From the human T2T-CHM13v2.0 reference genome, Homo sapiens, in assembly GCF_009914755.1 (NCBI RefSeq), contig NC_060926.1: 64,000 nucleotides of DNA; one strand, written 5' to 3'. Each line of letters opens with the position of its first letter. Positions within the stretch are counted from its first letter, which is position 1. A program made the position numbers and the translations under genes. The notes under the pieces were generated by a model. It made no database searches and had not been told where the DNA came from. It worked only from the letters and a program-made list of their open reading frames with translations. Positions 61,701-64,000 of the stretch are shown piece after piece.

Positions 61701-61844
61701 GTAATTTATTTCTTTGGTAGAAAATTCAAAAGTTAATTATTGATTAAAAATTATTGATTAAAAATCAAAAATTAATAATAGCAGTTTCTTTTGGGGTATG
61801 TCTGTATAGTGTCTGTCTCCTGAAGTTGTTTCTGTTCCTTGTAG

Positions 61845-61999
61845 ATGGAAGAAGGTGAGTTCAAGAACTGGATTGAGAAGATGCAAGCAAGGCTCATGTC
61901 TTCCTCTGTAGATACCCCTCAGCAACTGCAGTCGGTCTTTGAGTCACTCATTGCCAAGAAACAAAGTCTCTGTGAAGTGCTGCAAGCTTGGAATAACAG
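61845..61999 (+). CDS. PIKFYVE: PIKfyve exon 27 (MEEGEFKNWIEK...LQAWNN)
   Basis: ttgtag acceptor; AG|gtgtga; 155 nt. Confidence 0.96.
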
Positions 62000-62636
62000 G
62001 TGTGATTTTGCAGTCTGGTTTTCTTTAATATTATTGCCACATTTGTTCTAATGTGATATCTTAAAACTTAAAAATTTTTAATTATGGATGTTTCATTTTG
62101 TGCTCAAGTTAAAGAGCCTTTTGTTTCCCGTCACTCTCCTTTCCTCTTTATATTTTAAAATATATGTGGTATATTTTAGGTAGCTTGTGAAGATGTAAAA
62201 ACCAAAGAGGAGAACAGCCTTTGATGCTGTTTCTAATATAATTTGAAACAATGTTGTTCAGATGTGTGTGCTGTTGAATTGTTTTTAACTGAATTAGTAT
62301 GCCATAAGTCACTATTGGTTTTTGGCCAGCAATTTCAAATATATTGTATATTGATATGTTTATCTTATGCCTTTATTTAAACATTTATTTTTTAGAAGTA
62401 TTTTTCTTTATAATAATTTGCTATTTTTTTTTTACAACTATAGTGAGATCAACAAATGCTCCTGGTTAATTAGATATGACAAAAACTTACTCTTATTTAT
62501 ATATAACTTTAAAGACTATGGTAATCCAAATAGGAAAACTTTGTGATTTCAAAGTTGTAAAGAGAAAATTTATAAACAGCACTCAAGGGGCTAGAAACAA
62601 ACCATATATATATATATTTTTTGCTTTTGGCCACAG

Positions 62637-62727
62637 GTTGCAGGACCTTTTCCAACAGGAAAAGGGTAGAAAGAGACCTTCAGTTCCTCCAAGTCCTGGA
62701 AGACTGAGACAAGGGGAAGAAAGCAAG
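62637..62727 (+). CDS. PIKFYVE: PIKfyve exon 28 (LQDLFQQEKGRKRPSVPPSPGRLRQGEESK)
   Basis: ccacag acceptor; AAG|gtatga; 91 nt. Confidence 0.96.
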
Positions 62728-63211
62728 GTATGAAATGTAGTCTTGTCTTTGGTCCTTAATCAATAGAAATATAGTTAGTTTCATTTATAATACTTAGCAG
62801 GGATAGTTTAATACGTACTTTAGTAATGATATCCAGTAGGGTTTTCCATTTTGAATTTGTGAGGTTTCAAGGAACTATGACCTGGATTACTTTTATGTTA
62901 TAACCTGAAATAAAATGATCACTTATAATTTATTTATTTGAAATGTTTATAAAAGCTACAGTTTGCTGCATCACTGAGGGTAGCATCATGGTGACAGCAA
63001 GTGCTACAGAGGAAAGTCAGTGGATGCTCTGAGTATAATAGGGTGCTCATTTATTTTATACTCCGCAGTTTTGGTTGTTTTTAAAATCTCCGTGCTTAAA
63101 TAAGAGGTTTTTCTTAAGGTATTTGAACTGCGTAAGTTCTTTTTCAACTGTGTTAGTTTTCTCTTGCTCAGTGACAGATTATCCCAAACATAGTGGCCAA
63201 AACCACAAATT

Positions 63212-63425
63212 TATAGATAGATATATCTATATAGATATTTATAGACAGATACATCTATATAGATATATATAGATATAATACTTAGGATTATCCCTTACAC
63301 CTAATAATCTTGTATAGATCTATATCTGTCTATAGATCTATCTAGATATATATCAATCTATCTAGATATATCTATCTGTCTATCGATCTATCTATCTAGA
63401 TAGATAGATATATCTATACCTAGAT
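63212..63425. repeat. Degenerate (TAGA)n/(TCTA)n AT-rich self-complementary repeat
   Basis: Read directly. Confidence 0.85.
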
Positions 63426-63431
63426 GCTTAA

Positions 63432-63820
<389 letters not shown>

Positions 63821-64000
63821 TCATTTTTATTTTTTTTTTCGATTGCATATCTGTATGAAGCTAGATTTTCTTCATATACTTCAATCATAATGGTGTATCT
63901 CAACAGATTACATGCAGAAGCCAAATATGAATCTAGCTATTTTCTATTTAGCTAGACATTAAAGATATTTTTCAAAATGTAAAGCAGTGCTACTCTTTCA

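Noticed and set aside
61734-61770. 14-nt tandem repeat (aattattgattaaa x2) in short intron 26; similar 14-nt repeat at 59496-59532
   Set aside because: Short slippage-type duplications with no evidence of function

Overview
Eukaryotic, AT-rich, Alu/L1-dense primate (most likely human) genomic DNA. It lies entirely inside PIKFYVE (PI3P 5-kinase, Fab1 ortholog) on the + strand. I traced 25 consecutive coding exons by GT-AG boundaries and phase continuity (exons 4-28 by my count, about aa 108-1537). They encode the FYVE, DEP, CCT/TCP-1 chaperonin-like and Cys/His-rich regions; the start codon and kinase domain are outside the window. The introns hold Alus, L1s of several ages, an ERVL remnant, L2/L3 and hAT/Tigger fossils. 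I see no new multi-gene system. The best leads are: a candidate in-frame cassette/microexon in intron 12; an intronic-polyadenylation isoform lacking the kinase; candidate poison exons; an L1-in-L1 chimera; a twin-primed L1 with a short 3' transduction; and several palindromes. Exon numbers, repeat subfamily names and comparisons with reference alleles come from memory, not database searches. Repeat boundaries are approximate.
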